Shown one piece after another: positions 46,061 to 59,997 of a DNA stretch of 64,000 bases. The first letter of the stretch is position 1; each line of letters opens with the position of its first letter. The notes under the pieces were generated by a model. The model saw only the letters and a list, made by a program, of their open reading frames with translations, searched no databases and was not told where the DNA came from. The stretch is from the human T2T-CHM13v2.0 reference genome, Homo sapiens. The stretch is taken from assembly GCF_009914755.1 (NCBI RefSeq), contig NC_060927.1; one strand, 5' to 3'. The position numbers were made by a program, and so were the translations under genes.

Positions 46061-47549
46061 ACAACACAAGTTTATTTCTCCTTCGCATCACAGTTCAGTG
46101 TAGTTGGCAGCTGTGATGGTGGTGGGAGTGTCAGTCACTTCATGTGGTCATTCAGGGACCCAGGCTCCTTCCACCCTTTGACACCATTATCTTTAAATGT
46201 GGTTTCCAAGGTCACTGCAAGGGAGAATGGGGTTTCATATTAAGGATATTTATATTGGCCAGGCCTGAAGGTGGAATTCACTTCCACCCATATTCCATTA
46301 ACTGCAGGGACACTACTGTTGAAACTGAACTGCAGAAAACTTGAGAAATATTGTCCAGGAAGTAAGCAAAATGGATTTGGTGCACACAGAGCATTTTATG
46401 TGGCCACTGCGAACATTTACACATGTCATTTTCCTCATATACCTCCATTAGAAAATCTGTAAATTTCTTAACTAATGTTTTTTTATATTCTTACTTCTCC
46501 TTACATCCAGGGTCTTGAACACGATAAGAGTCCCCATTGAAAAACTGTCCACAGAATGCCTAAAGATCAGATCGTACCCACCATGCTTCAGTGGACAAGC
46601 ATACAGTGAGACTGACCTTGTGTGTATGTGTAACTCATTTTTACAGTCAACAGTGGAGAGGAATGAGTCAGCTGGGTGATTGCCATTCAGCGGGCTTCGT
46701 ATACAGCAGGCCTTGGCCATTTCACTTTCTGTGTGTATTCCTTAATCATTTGCTATAGGGATCCTTTTTTCTTTTCAGTGATGGGAACTTAACTATTTTT
46801 TGGAGTATAATGTGTTAGGTGATACCCATGTTTGGGCATCATCAGATAGTCTTGCTTTCCTCCAGTGACCCAAGCAGTAAATCTCCAATTCAGCAAACAT
46901 TTACTGAGCCTCAATTATATACCATATGCTAGCAATACAAGGATGAATAAACATGTGTCTCGCTTTTGAGAAGCTTTGTTGAATAATTTTAGTCTGGTGC
47001 TGTGCTAGAAATAGATATCAAGTGCTAGGAAATATAAGGCAGGTTCCTCAAAAAGGCCAGGCAGAAAAGGGTATAATAAAATTAAACTTCAATTATGTAT
47101 AATTTTAATATAAAATTCACATATAAAAATAGTCCTATAATGTAAATTGTTCTATAAATGACTATTTACTTAGCTAAGTAATGTGAATATTTTTTCTTAT
47201 CACTAATAATTTTGGACAAATTTTTAAAATTCATTTCCACAGAGGTTAATATATGTACCCACCAGCAATAAATGAAAATCTTTTTATCCCTATAATGCCT
47301 ATAATCTTGAAAATACAGACCTATTTTGTCAAAATGAAAATTTAAAAATATGAATTTTAATAATAGGCAATTACATGTTACATGTTGTTTTTATTTAAAT
47401 AAAGCAAAAAGCCATCCAAGGTCTGTTATTCTGTGAGTTAGCCAAGAGATTGGCAAGGAGAGAGGGCAGTGCCTTGTGATAACTTACTTTGCTAAGACCA
47501 TGGTAGATAAGTATAACATCTTGTACCTCTTTTGTCTTCCTAAAATCAG

Positions 47550-47792
47550 ATGTGTCAGAAGAATTGGATACAAAACTCCCTCTTGATGGTGGATTAGACA
47601 AAATGGAAGATATCCCAGAGGAATGTGAAAATATTTCCTCTTTGGTGGCATTTGAAAACCTCAAGGCAAATGTGACTGACATAATGCTAATCTTGTTAGT
47701 GGAGAACATAAGTGGCCTGTCTAATGATGACTTTCAAGTGGAAATAATAAGAGATTTTGATGTTGCTGTTGTTACCTTTCAAAAGCACATAG
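47550..47792 (+). CDS. PARP14: PARP14 coding exon 4 (RRM2 region)
   Basis: aaatcag|AT GTG TCA GAA...; (D)VSEELDTKLPLDGG...VAVVTFQKHI; donor TAG|GTAAGA; 243 nt, phase 1-1. Confidence 0.95.
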
Positions 47793-48805
47793 GTAAGATG
47801 AAGTGACACTTCCTCTGCCTGTCTTCTTTGTACCACATCATGAGACTTGAGATACCTCTTAGGGGGACATCTCTGAAAGTTTGACTCTTTCTAGTAGCTA
47901 CTAAGAGAGGTTTCCAAGTTAATATAGTTTTTTTTATTTTGAAAGTGAAGCATATTCATATTGAAACCAAATTCCATATTTTTAGTAGAATTAACTTTAT
48001 TGCAGGAGTGCCCAAGTGTGTGTGTGTGACTGAGAGAGAGAGAGAGACAGGCAGAGAGGGTAAGAAAGTGCGTGAACACAGCAAATAGACATCTGAAGTC
48101 CAAGTGATTCCAAGTACAGGAGTCGGCTTTTTCACATGTGTTATCTCACTGGGTGAAGTAAATATTTGTATTACCAAACTGGACTTCATGGAAGGTAATG
48201 ATAACACACTCTCATAGAGTGCTTACTATAAGCCAGGTGCTATGCCAGCCTCTTTACGTGTATTAATTTATTTGTCCTTTCCAAAACCTTATGAGATTAT
48301 TATTATTGATCCCCATGTTACAGTTGGGGAGACAAAACACAAAGGTGCGAATGCATGGATGAACTGGGTTTGAACCCAGGCAGCCTATCTCTACACCTGT
48401 CCTCTTACCTCTTTACCTGATATGTCCTTAGCACTTTCATGGTCATTCACATATGTAGGTATGAGTAAGTGCGTGTGATGCAGACAATGAGTGCTCTTTA
48501 AGGTAATTGTCAGGAATCTGTAGACAATCTCTGAGATTGGGAAGAGAGCTGTCACCACCCAAAACAAGTACATTTTCCAATTCTAAGCCTTCACTATTCC
48601 ATGGCCATGGCAGTGGAGCGGTTAAGAGCACAGGTCATGGAGTCAAAATTCCAGCTCTGCCATTTAACTAGTTATATGAGGTTGGCCAAGTTATTATCCT
48701 CCCTATGCCTCACTTTCCTCATCTATAAAATGGTACAATAATACCTACCTAATATAGTTTTTGTAAAGATTGAATGAGATAATGTTTGAAAAGTACTTAA
48801 CATAG

Positions 48806-49120
48806 GGCCAGGTGTAGTGGCTCACGCCTGTAATTCCAGCACTTTGGGAGGCCAAGGCAGATGGATTGCCTGAGTCCAGGAGTTTGAGAGCAGCCTGGGC
48901 AACATAGTGAAACTGCATCTCTACAAAAAAAATACAAAAATTAGCCAGGCATGGTGGCGCACACCCGTCCTCCCAGCTACTCAGGAGGCTGAGGTGGAAG
49001 GATCACTTGAGCTTGGGAGGCAGAGATTGCAGTGAGCCAAGATCATGCCACTGCACTCCAGCCTGGGTGACAGAGTGAGACCCCGTGTCTGAAAAAAAAA
49101 AAAAGAAAAGAAAAGAAAAA
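48806..49120 (+). mobile_element. Alu (AluJ/S-type) inserted in a MIR
   Basis: Near-TSD gaaaagtacttaaca / gaaaagtgcttaaca; MIR core cctcactttcctcatctataaaatgg upstream. Confidence 0.9.
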
Positions 49121-49789
49121 GAAAAGTGCTTAACAACTTAACGTAGTACCTGAGACGTAGTAATGACTGAAAGGGAGCTATTCTTATTTCAAATTTATTA
49201 CTGTTTCTTACAAAGGAAAAACTAAATGGACTTGCTTTTGTTCATCGATCAGAATCTTGAATGCTTAATATGTGCCAGGCACTGGTCTAGGTGCTGTGGG
49301 CACAGAGATGAATAATCAGGTTCCTGCCCTTGAGAAACTCATAGCCTGGGGTCAGGGAGGAAGCCCATATGTAAACAAATAAAGAAGGTCCAAGAGAAGA
49401 AGCTGTCTCTAAGCTGTGAACAAAAAGCTGTGGGAAATGGGAGGAAAGGGACCCAAACAAGGTGGCTTGGTCTTGCTTCTGTGAAGTTTATATTCATAAT
49501 GTCCAGAATATATTCCATCTGCTTGACATAGATCTTTCCCTATCCATCTGGTAAACCCCTCTTCATTGTTCAAAACCCAGATCAGAGCCACTTACTCTGG
49601 GAACCATTGTCTGATTCCCAGTATTAGTCTTCCCACCTCATTTGATCCCACAATAGGCAATTTATTTGCTCTCAAGACTTGCTCCCACATGGATGATGCA
49701 CTGGCAAAGATTTGTTATATTTATTTCTGTATCCTCAGATCCTAGCACAGTGCCTGGCACATCGTGGGCCCACCATCAATACTTATTAT

Positions 49790-50068
49790 TATTATTATTT
49801 TAAGATAGAGTCTTGCTCTGTCGCCCAGGCTGGAATGCAATGCAGTGGCGTGATCTCAGCTCACTACAAGTGATTCTCCTGCCTCAACTTCCTGAGTAGC
49901 TGGGACTACAGGCGCGCACAACCATGCCTGGCTAATTTTCGTATTTTTAGTAGAGACGGAGTTTCACTATGTTGGCCAGGCTTTTCTCGAACTCCTGATC
50001 TCAGGTGATCCGCCTGCCTTGGCTTCCCAGAGTGCTTAGATTACAGGCATGAACCACCACGCCCGGCC
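49790..50068 (-). mobile_element. Alu (AluS-type)
   Basis: TSD aatacttattatt on both sides. Confidence 0.92.
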
Positions 50069-50674
50069 AATACTTATTATTAAAGAGACAATTGAGTTGA
50101 GTCCTAAAAGATGAATAGGATCAAGACAAAAACTAGAGAAGAGCATTCCAAATGCAGGAAATTGTATACACAAAGACCCTTTCAAGGAGAAGGGGTTTTA
50201 CAAAAATAATGACTAGTTTTTGTGGCAACACGGACAATAAAATGAATGGCAGGGAATAACCGAAGGTGATGCTTGGAAATTAGTTTCGAGTCACATCACC
50301 AAGGGCATTGTACACCTGGCTGAGGAGTGTCAACGCTCATACCTGCAGGTAATGGGGAGCCATTGAAGGGCTTGAGAAAGGGGTGAAATGAGATTTGTAG
50401 GGAAAACCCTCAGGAGGGTTGGTGAGGTCTGGGGCAGGAAGTGGGGACACAGCTCAGTGGCAGCAATCCAAGTAAGACATTCGTGTGTGTGTCGCCCAGC
50501 GACTGGGAGTTTTAGGTATGTAAATTCTCATGTAGGTATTAAAATCTTGTGTCTAAAAATGGAGTGCTTAGCTCTTCCTTTTATTTCAATTAGTAGCCAG
50601 ACATTTTCTTCTATACAACATAAAGATACAATAAAAATTTACTGATTTTCTTTCTTTTTTTTTTTGGTTTGTAG

Positions 50675-50911
50675 ATACTATAAGATTTGTTGATGATTGT
50701 ACCAAGCACCATTCAATTAAACAACTTCAGCTTTCTCCAAGACTTCTGGAAGTGACAAACACAATCAGGGTTGAAAACCTGCCACCTGGTGCTGATGACT
50801 ACAGTTTAAAACTTTTCTTTGAAAATCCCTATAATGGAGGGGGAAGAGTTGCCAATGTTGAATATTTTCCTGAAGAGAGTTCAGCTCTGATTGAATTTTT
50901 TGACAGAAAAG
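50675..50911 (+). CDS. PARP14: PARP14 coding exon 5 (RRM3 region)
   Basis: ttgtag|AT ACT ATA AGA; (D)[51 protein letters not shown]...ALIEFFDRK; donor AAG|GTAATA; 237 nt. Absent from the ORF track. Confidence 0.95.
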
Positions 50912-52189
50912 GTAATATTTATTAACCTGTCATACCTGGCATAATCTAGGCCATTATTAGCAGAGCTTAATAGTTATAAATTTAGTTCTGATGTGTTTTA
51001 TTTGTTTATTTATGTATTTCTTTGGGAATTGAATAAATAATCCTGTTCATCTGCGATATGATGCTTAATAAGGCCAGTGATTCAGACTTTAGAGAAGCAA
51101 AATCAAGTTTTTGAAAGATATAAGGAGGTTTTTTCATGAGTCTCTACCTATGATGGGCTGAAAAATATATTCTTGGGATCTTTGAAATAATATATTAAAA
51201 AGGAGATGATCTGTGTTTTAGCCACACACTTGATAGAAGCTCTCAAATTAATTATGACAAGGTTAGGTAAAGAAATACTCAGCAACTCATAGAGTTCCTA
51301 TAAAGTACCACTCCTTTCACCTATTGTATCATCATTCAAAAATGGACAGGAGTGGTTTCACATGACCAGTGGATGCCTGCTGGACTATTGTTTGGAGTGA
51401 CCCTGTGAAACCCATGTCTAGCTGAACCTTAGAGAAACACTTCTGAGTGTTTTGTGATATAGACTGCCAGTTCTCTGAGGCATATGCAAGGTCAGCTTGG
51501 AGGTTCCACTTGTGTTCAGAAGTCAAGGCTGAGCAGAAGGAATTAGGGGGCCAGGCTTCTTGGGAAAAGAAGGAAAACTGTGCCTGGGATTAATCAGGGT
51601 GGGGCATGACATAGGATAATGTGGTATGCCACCCACTTGAGAGAAGTTGTTTCAACAAGGTACTTGAAGGAACCTCCCTTTTCCCAACTCAGTTTTCATG
51701 TGTTGGGAAAACTGGATGAAAGTATGGTTTGAATTAAAATGGAATGAAAGACCTACTATTCCTTGGGCAAAGGGACAAAGAGGAGCTTCTGTCACATATT
51801 CAAATCTCCCTCTGCCTGGTCTTGGGCCCAGGGAGAGAGAGGGGTACATAAAATCCTCTACCCTAGAAATTAACCTCCCAGTTTGTGGTGAGAGTTGATA
51901 TTTTCAGGGCTTTCAAACATCTTTAGGGCATGGGGCTGTTGGGTTTGTCCTCAGAAGGGCTATTCTGCACATATACAACTAATGTTAAGTACTATTTAAT
52001 TAAGGTTTATTTTCTGCCAGAGCTATTCATGTAAACTCTATGAGGCACTCTCAAAGGTTCCCTTTCTCCCTGATCTCTTTGCACCATCTAACTTTTTTGA
52101 CCACACCTCCTCCTCCAAACTCACTCATTCTCTGTCCTCCACCATCTGTGATTTACTGACTTTCTTTTATGTTCTCTAGCTTCTCCTTT

Positions 52190-52502
52190 TTATTTTTTAT
52201 TTTCATTTTATTATGTATTTGAGACAGGGTCTCACTGTCTCTCAGGCTGGAGTGCAGTGGCATGATCATGGCTCACTGCAGCATCAGCCTCCCCAGGCTC
52301 AGGTGATCCTTCCACCTCAGCCTCCAGAGTAGCTGGGAGTACAGGTGCATGCCACCATACCCAGCTAATATATTGTATTTTTAGTAGAGATGGAGTTTCG
52401 CCATGTTTCCCAGTCTGGTCTTGAACTCCTGGGCTCAAGCAATACTCCCTCCTTTGCCTCCTAAAGTGCTGGGATTATAGGCGTGAGTCACTGCACCCAG
52501 CT
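52190..52502 (-). mobile_element. Alu (AluJ-type)
   Basis: TSD tagcttctcctt. Confidence 0.9.
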
Positions 52503-54123
52503 TAGCTTCTCCTTCTTTTAATTTTAACTTACATTTGCATAGCTTCGCAGGTTATTACCAAGTGCATTCAGACAGTCTTATGGGCATCTTGATTGTTATA
52601 ATCCCTGTTTTGCACATGACGAAACTGAAGCACAGAAAGGTCCAATAACTTGCCCAAGATTACACAGCTAGTGAGTGACATAGTCAGGATTTGAACTTGG
52701 GTATTCTGGTCCCATAACATATACCCTAACTTCTCTCCTCTTTCCAAATCTCCTGTTCACCTATAACGTTAATTTTTCTTATAGGATATTTCACCATTCA
52801 CAATGGGTTGCCAATAATGAGGCAGATGGTAGATAGAGCTTGGTTTAAAAGAGAATTTATTGTACAATATTGTGTTTTATGTAGATTTCTTGAAAGGAAA
52901 AAATTAGGCATTTTACTGTAAAATTATTTGGTTCAACTTCACAAAATCTGTTTTATTTCTTAAGAGAATTTTCATTGAACACCTATGTCTGTAAGATCTT
53001 TTGCTGTTTTTTCTGCTACAGTATCTCACAATCCCATTAATAATCTGCACAGTTAGATAAACTTTGTCCTTACAGACAAGAAAAGCAGGATGGAGACTTT
53101 AAGGCATATTAAGGTGACATCTGTGATGGTTCTTGAGTCAGACAGACCTGAGTTTGATTCCTGGCCTTGGTGCTTACTAGCTTTGTAATCTTGGCCGAGT
53201 TACTTTAACCCACCTAAGCCTCTGTGTTCTTATCTGTAAAATGGGGTTCACATTACTGGTTACTTAGAGGAATGCTGTGAGGTTGAAATGAAATAATACC
53301 AGCAAAGAGCCTGGTGCCTGATGGTGCTCAGTAAGTTGGTAATCATAAATACTGCCCAGGCTCAGGGCTGCCACAGAGCCATGTTGAAGCTATAAAGCTC
53401 AGGGCTGCCACAGGGAAGTTGAAGCTATATGTTTGGGCCTCTGAAGGCCACTGCTTTTCCCTCATGCTTGATACCAGCTCTAGGACCCAATCATACACAA
53501 GGTGAAGTTATTTTTAACATCTTTCCACAAAGGTTGCTCTTTTAACCCAAGTTGTTATTGGAGCACATTCTGATTCCCTTTCTGCAGATGCTCTGCTTAA
53601 TAACTTACACAAAACGAGGAGGGGCTTGGAAGAGAAGAGCATGCACATGCACACACATGCAAACACACCCAGTGAAGTGGAAAAGGGAGATTCCAGCAGG
53701 GCCAGGAGGAGGTGTGGTTCTTACTGAATCATAGTCTGTGGGGCTGGGCTCTCAGAGGACAGTGATGATAACTTGGATTTGGTAGAGGGGCAAGAGGATG
53801 GGCGTTGGGGTTGGACAACCACTGAATCTCAGCTGAATTATCTGCAGTCTATGTAACCCTATCCAAGTTATCTAACCTTTCCTAGCCTCAGTTTTAGTAG
53901 GATGATAATAATAATGTCTCTACCTCAAATGGTTGTTGTGAGGATGAAATGAATTAAATATATGTAAAGCACTCAGAATAGTGTGTGACACATGCTAAGC
54001 TATAATAATTTATTATTATGCTCCTCCTTTTTGAGGTATTAATGTTAATCTAAGTCAACTTTGAAGCCTAAAATTATAGGACTGTACAAGAAGAACAAAT
54101 AGCATAATACTAAGGTGAGCTTC

Positions 54124-54178
54124 ACTTTGAGCACCAAAATATTTTTTATACTTTGAGCACCAAAATATTTTTTATACT
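54124..54178. repeat. Perfect 26-bp tandem duplication
   Basis: actttgagcaccaaaatattttttat x2 (54124-54149, 54150-54175) plus act. Confidence 0.95.
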
Positions 54179-54429
54179 AGGGCAAACATTATTCTCACGA
54201 TTGTGACCAAACTCATGTATTTCTTAACATGATGGTGATATATCAGTAATATCAGGAAAACAGTAAACAGAATTTAATTAACAAGATTTCAACATAGATG
54301 GATCTTGGCTAGAAAGTAATTATTCCATTCAATAAGGGATACCTGTGCACTGCTAACACATATCAGTTTATATTTGAGCACTTTGAGAGTATATTGCTTT
54401 TTAATACGCTGTAACATCAAAATTCTACC

Positions 54430-54646
54430 AACATTAGTTTTTTTTACTCTAAAATGGGAAGATTTTGTTTTGTTTTTCTTTGCCACATATCATCTTGGTC
54501 TTACATTGTTTTATTTCTTTCCTTTAAGTGTTAGAAAAACATTAGATTTTTTTTTCTCTAAAATAGGAAAATTTTGTTTTGTTTTTATTTGCCATATATC
54601 ATCCTGGGCTTACATTATTTTACTTCTTTCCTTTTAAGTGTTAGAC
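54430..54646 (+). repeat. Diverged tandem duplication (period about 110 bp) spanning the exon 6 splice acceptor
   Basis: Two copies of acattag...ctctaaaat.g.aa.attttgttttgttttt.tttgcca.atatcatc.tgg.cttacatt.tttta.ttctttcctttaagtgttaga. Confidence 0.93.
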
Positions 54647-56884
54647 ACCATCATGGCCACAAAACTCGACTTCAATAAAATGCCACTTTCTGTGTTCCCA
54701 TACTATGCCTCATTGGGCACAGCCTTGTATGGAAAGGAGAAGCCTCTGATCAAGCTTCCAGCACCATTTGAAGAGTCACTAGATCTTCCCTTATGGAAGT
54801 TCTTACAGAAAAAGAATCACCTCATTGAGGAGATAAACGATGAAATGAGGCGTTGTCACTGTGAGCTCACGTGGTCCCAACTCAGTGGTAAAGTTACCAT
54901 CAGACCAGCAGCCACCTTAGTCAATGAAGGAAGACCGAGAATCAAGACCTGGCAGGCAGATACTTCCACAACACTCTCTAGCATCAGGTCTAAATATAAA
55001 GTCAACCCAATTAAAGTGGATCCAACAATGTGGGACACCATAAAAAATGATGTGAAAGATGACAGGATTTTGATTGAGTTTGATACACTTAAGGAGATGG
55101 TAATCTTAGCAGGGAAATCAGAGGATGTCCAAAGCATTGAGGTACAAGTCAGGGAGTTAATAGAAAGCACTACTCAAAAAATTAAAAGGGAAGAGCAAAG
55201 TTTGAAGGAAAAAATGATCATTTCTCCAGGCAGGTATTTTCTTTTGTGTCACAGCAGTCTACTGGACCATTTACTCACGGAGTGCCCAGAGATAGAGATT
55301 TGTTACGATAGAGTCACTCAACACTTGTGCTTGAAAGGACCTAGTGCAGATGTGTATAAAGCAAAGTGTGAAATCCAGGAAAAGGTGTACACCATGGCTC
55401 AGAAAAACATTCAGGTTTCTCCTGAGATTTTTCAGTTTTTGCAACAGGTAAACTGGAAAGAATTCTCTAAGTGTCTTTTCATAGCACAGAAGATTCTTGC
55501 ACTTTATGAGCTAGAGGGTACAACTGTTCTCTTAACCAGCTGTTCTTCTGAAGCCCTGTTAGAAGCAGAAAAGCAAATGCTCAGTGCCTTAAATTATAAG
55601 CGCATTGAAGTTGAGAACAAAGAAGTTCTTCATGGCAAGAAATGGAAAGGGCTCACTCACAATTTGCTTAAGAAACAAAATTCCTCCCCAAACACTGTAA
55701 TCATCAATGAGTTAACTTCAGAAACCACAGCTGAAGTCATCATTACAGGCTGTGTAAAAGAAGTAAATGAAACCTATAAATTGCTTTTTAACTTCGTTGA
55801 ACAAAACATGAAAATAGAGAGACTGGTTGAAGTAAAGCCTTCCTTAGTTATTGACTATTTAAAGACAGAAAAGAAGCTATTCTGGCCAAAGATAAAGAAG
55901 GTAAATGTGCAGGTAAGTTTCAATCCTGAGAACAAACAAAAAGGCATTTTACTAACTGGCTCAAAGACCGAAGTACTGAAGGCAGTGGACATTGTCAAGC
56001 AAGTCTGGGATTCAGTCTGTGTTAAAAGTGTCCATACTGATAAGCCAGGAGCCAAGCAGTTCTTCCAGGATAAAGCACGGTTTTATCAAAGTGAGATCAA
56101 ACGGTTGTTTGGTTGTTACATTGAACTACAGGAGAATGAAGTAATGAAGGAGGGAGGCAGCCCCGCTGGGCAGAAGTGCTTCTCTCGGACAGTCTTGGCC
56201 CCTGGCGTTGTGCTGATTGTGCAGCAGGGTGACTTGGCACGGCTTCCTGTCGATGTGGTGGTGAATGCATCTAATGAGGACCTTAAGCATTATGGTGGCC
56301 TGGCCGCTGCGCTCTCAAAAGCAGCTGGCCCTGAGCTCCAGGCCGACTGTGACCAGATAGTGAAGAGAGAGGGCAGACTCCTACCGGGCAATGCCACCAT
56401 CTCCAAGGCAGGAAAGCTGCCCTACCACCACGTGATCCATGCAGTGGGGCCCCGCTGGAGCGGATATGAGGCCCCGAGGTGTGTGTACCTATTAAGGAGA
56501 GCTGTGCAACTCAGTCTCTGTCTAGCCGAAAAATACAAGTACCGATCCATAGCCATCCCAGCTATTAGTTCTGGAGTCTTTGGCTTTCCCTTAGGCCGAT
56601 GCGTGGAGACCATTGTTTCTGCCATCAAGGAAAACTTCCAATTCAAGAAGGATGGACACTGCTTGAAAGAAATCTACCTTGTGGATGTATCTGAGAAGAC
56701 TGTTGAGGCCTTTGCAGAAGCTGTGAAAACTGTATTTAAAGCCACCCTGCCAGATACAGCTGCCCCGCCAGGTTTACCACCAGCAGCAGCGGGGCCTGGG
56801 AAAACATCATGGGAAAAAGGAAGCCTGGTGTCCCCGGGAGGCCTGCAGATGCTGTTGGTGAAAGAGGGTGTGCAGAATGCTAAG
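54639..56884 (+). CDS. PARP14: PARP14 coding exon 6 (KH-domain region, macrodomain 1, start of macrodomain 2)
   Basis: 2246-nt open exon; ttttaag|TG TTA GAC; macrodomain motifs [32 protein letters not shown]; donor AAG|GTGAGT; cumulative CDS 3081 nt. Confidence 0.97.
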
Positions 56885-57376
56885 GTGAGTGTCGCTTTTA
56901 CAGAACACCACCAGGGCACTGTGACTTTACTTAGTCAGTGGCTCTCTCATGGAGGGCTGAAGAAAGATAAGGACCAAGGTGAGAATCAAGGGAGAGAATC
57001 CCATGCCTTCCACCCCTGCCTTGAAACAATTTTCCTTAGATAATTGGGCTTCTTACCAAATCATTTACTAATAGAGATCGGCCAATTATTTGTGAGAACT
57101 GAAAGGGTATAGAGGTCAGATTGCTAGATTTCCAGTAGATGTAAAAATCCATAATATCACACGTTTAGACAGTTCTCTATACCTTACACCTGCCGTGTTT
57201 TGGTAAATCTAAGACTAATTTCCTAATTTACTGACAGCAGATACAGAACAATCAGAGCATAGGGTATGCAGAGGACAGGAATCTTGTCAATGATGCTGAG
57301 CAAGAGTGAGCTTGGGGCCAGAGTCTAAGGGGCCATCAGCGCCCAACACCAGTGAGGAAGTGAAAAGTGGACCTGA

Positions 57377-57784
<408 letters not shown>

Positions 57785-58091
57785 TGACATGCATGTTCTC
57801 ATTCACTGCCATGCGGCAGATTCTAGGATTATTATTATTCTCACTTTACAGATGAGGGAGTGAGACTTAAAGGGGTTAGGTAATTTGCCCACATCCCCCA
57901 ACTAGCAAATGGTAGAGCCAGGATTGGAATTTGTTCAGGCTCTTAACCATTGCACTCTTTCAAAATGTTAAAAATAATGTTGTGTCTCATTTTAAAAAAT
58001 TAAATAAAAACTCTTTGGACCAAGCATCAGTTATGGGAATGAATTTCATTCCTTGTCTCTTTTGACACCAAATATCAAGACATTCTTTCCC

Positions 58092-58288
58092 AGCTAGGCA
58101 TGGTGGCTCATACCTGTAGTCCTTACTACTCGGAATGCTGAGGTGGGAGGATCACTTGAACCCTAGGAGTTTGAGGCTGCAGTGAACTATGATCATGCCA
58201 CTGCCCTCCAGCCTGGGTGGACAGAGCAAGACCCTCTCTCTTAAAAAAAAAAAAAAAAACAAAAAAAAAAAACAAAAAACAAAAAACA
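58092..58288 (+). mobile_element. Alu right monomer (FRAM-like)
   Basis: Single right arm with A tail. Confidence 0.8.
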
Positions 58289-58990
58289 GTCATAGTTTGC
58301 TTTCCTTTCACTCCCATAGATGCTTAGCTTCCATGGCTGTAATAACTGCTCTGCATTACTCCTTAGTGACCCAGGCAGGGCAGCTTTGAAAATCACTTGG
58401 TTACATTCCCTCTCCTCTGTTCTCTTGACCTCTCTAATCTAGCCCGATTAATCTGCTCACATTCACTGATGAAAAAGCTTCCGGGGCTGCTCCCTTTCTG
58501 TCAGGGAGTCCAGATGTCTTGGCACTCGAGGTGGGCCCCCTAGTTTACCCCCAGTGTAACATTTCTAGCCTGGAGCATACCATTTTGCTGCAGAAGCTCT
58601 CTCAGATCAAATTAATCTGTTCACAGCTCACAACCCACCATGCCTATGTTCATGCTGCTCCCTGTCTTGCTCTGCCTGCTGAAATTCTTCCCATTTCTCA
58701 AACCCCACATTGCCCATGGTATCTTCACTAGTTACTGAAACAGCTTTCTCTGGACTCCTTCAGTGATGCCATACCATTCATAGATTACTTTTTGACTGCT
58801 CTCTTTTTTTCCTAAGTGTCACTTCAATAAGTATTTAGTCACACTTTGTCTTATGTTGATATTTCAATCACTGAAACCGTAGTCATCTTAGTTGTCTCCA
58901 ATTGTGCCAAGCCCAGTGCCTCAAATATAGTAATCATTGATGAATGCTTTTTGTTAAAATTTGAAACAAATTTTTGGTTTTGTCTTTAAG

Positions 58991-59227
58991 ACCGATGTTG
59001 TTGTCAACTCCGTTCCCTTGGATCTCGTGCTTAGTAGAGGGCCTCTTTCTAAGTCCCTCTTGGAAAAAGCTGGACCAGAGCTCCAGGAGGAATTGGACAC
59101 AGTTGGACAAGGGGTGGCTGTCAGCATGGGCACAGTGCTCAAAACCAGCAGCTGGAATCTGGACTGTCGCTATGTGCTTCACGTGGTAGCTCCGGAGTGG
59201 AGAAATGGTAGCACATCTTCACTCAAG
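58991..59227 (+). CDS. PARP14: PARP14 coding exon 7 (macrodomain 2)
   Basis: ctttaag|ACC GAT GTT; TDVVVNSVPLDLVLSRGPLSKSLLEKAGPELQ...HVVAPEW...SLK; donor AAG|GTTGGG; 237 nt, phase 0. Confidence 0.95.
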
Positions 59228-59775
59228 GTTGGGCCTGGTTTTGAATTCTCCATGAAGTTGGGTAGCCCTTTGGGTTCTCCTTTTAGTAGCATATTAATTG
59301 GACATAGATTGGGCCTTGTCTGTTTCTCTTCCATAATAATCACTCTTTTGGCAGATTCCATCATGTGGCCATTTCTTTCAGCTGTAGCTGACTTCTCCTG
59401 AGGACTAGTTAATACTATAAATGGATTATTGTGCTCAATAATTATTGGAGCTCAGGGAAGGGTTACTGAAGATAATATTATTGCTTGCTTAGTGAAGAAA
59501 GCCAGAGGAGGGTGTGAAGAATGGAAGAGAATGAAGGAAAAGAACAGTAGTTGCTTTGCTTCTTTCCTTCATTGTGAATGTGTTTAAGTCTCTCGCATTC
59601 TCTTTTCCTTTTCCTTGCCTTCTCCTGTATTTTTCTTTCCTCTTCTGATTGCCCTTAATCAGTGTTGACAGCAAAAAGGAGTATTCAAGTTCACAAAGTT
59701 GCTAAATTCTTGTCCTTTTTGTTCTAACTCCCATTTCTAGACAAGATGTATAAGGATGTGCTTTGTGCGTTTCAG

Positions 59776-59997
59776 ATAATGGAAGACATAATCAGAGAAT
59801 GTATGGAGATCACTGAGAGCTTGTCCTTAAAATCAATTGCATTTCCAGCAATAGGAACAGGAAACTTGGGATTTCCTAAAAACATATTCGCTGAATTAAT
59901 CATTTCAGAGGTGTTCAAATTTAGTAGCAAGAATCAGCTGAAAACTTTACAAGAGGTTCACTTTCTGCTGCACCCGAGTGATCATGAAAATATTCAG
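59776..59997 (+). CDS. PARP14: PARP14 coding exon 8 (macrodomain 2)
   Basis: tttcag|ATA ATG GAA; [15 protein letters not shown] motif; donor CAG|GTACAG; 222 nt, phase 0. Confidence 0.95.

Noticed and set aside
54856-56919. Antisense ORFs within exon 6
   Set aside because: Shadow frames of a real coding exon with no independent start or splice evidence.
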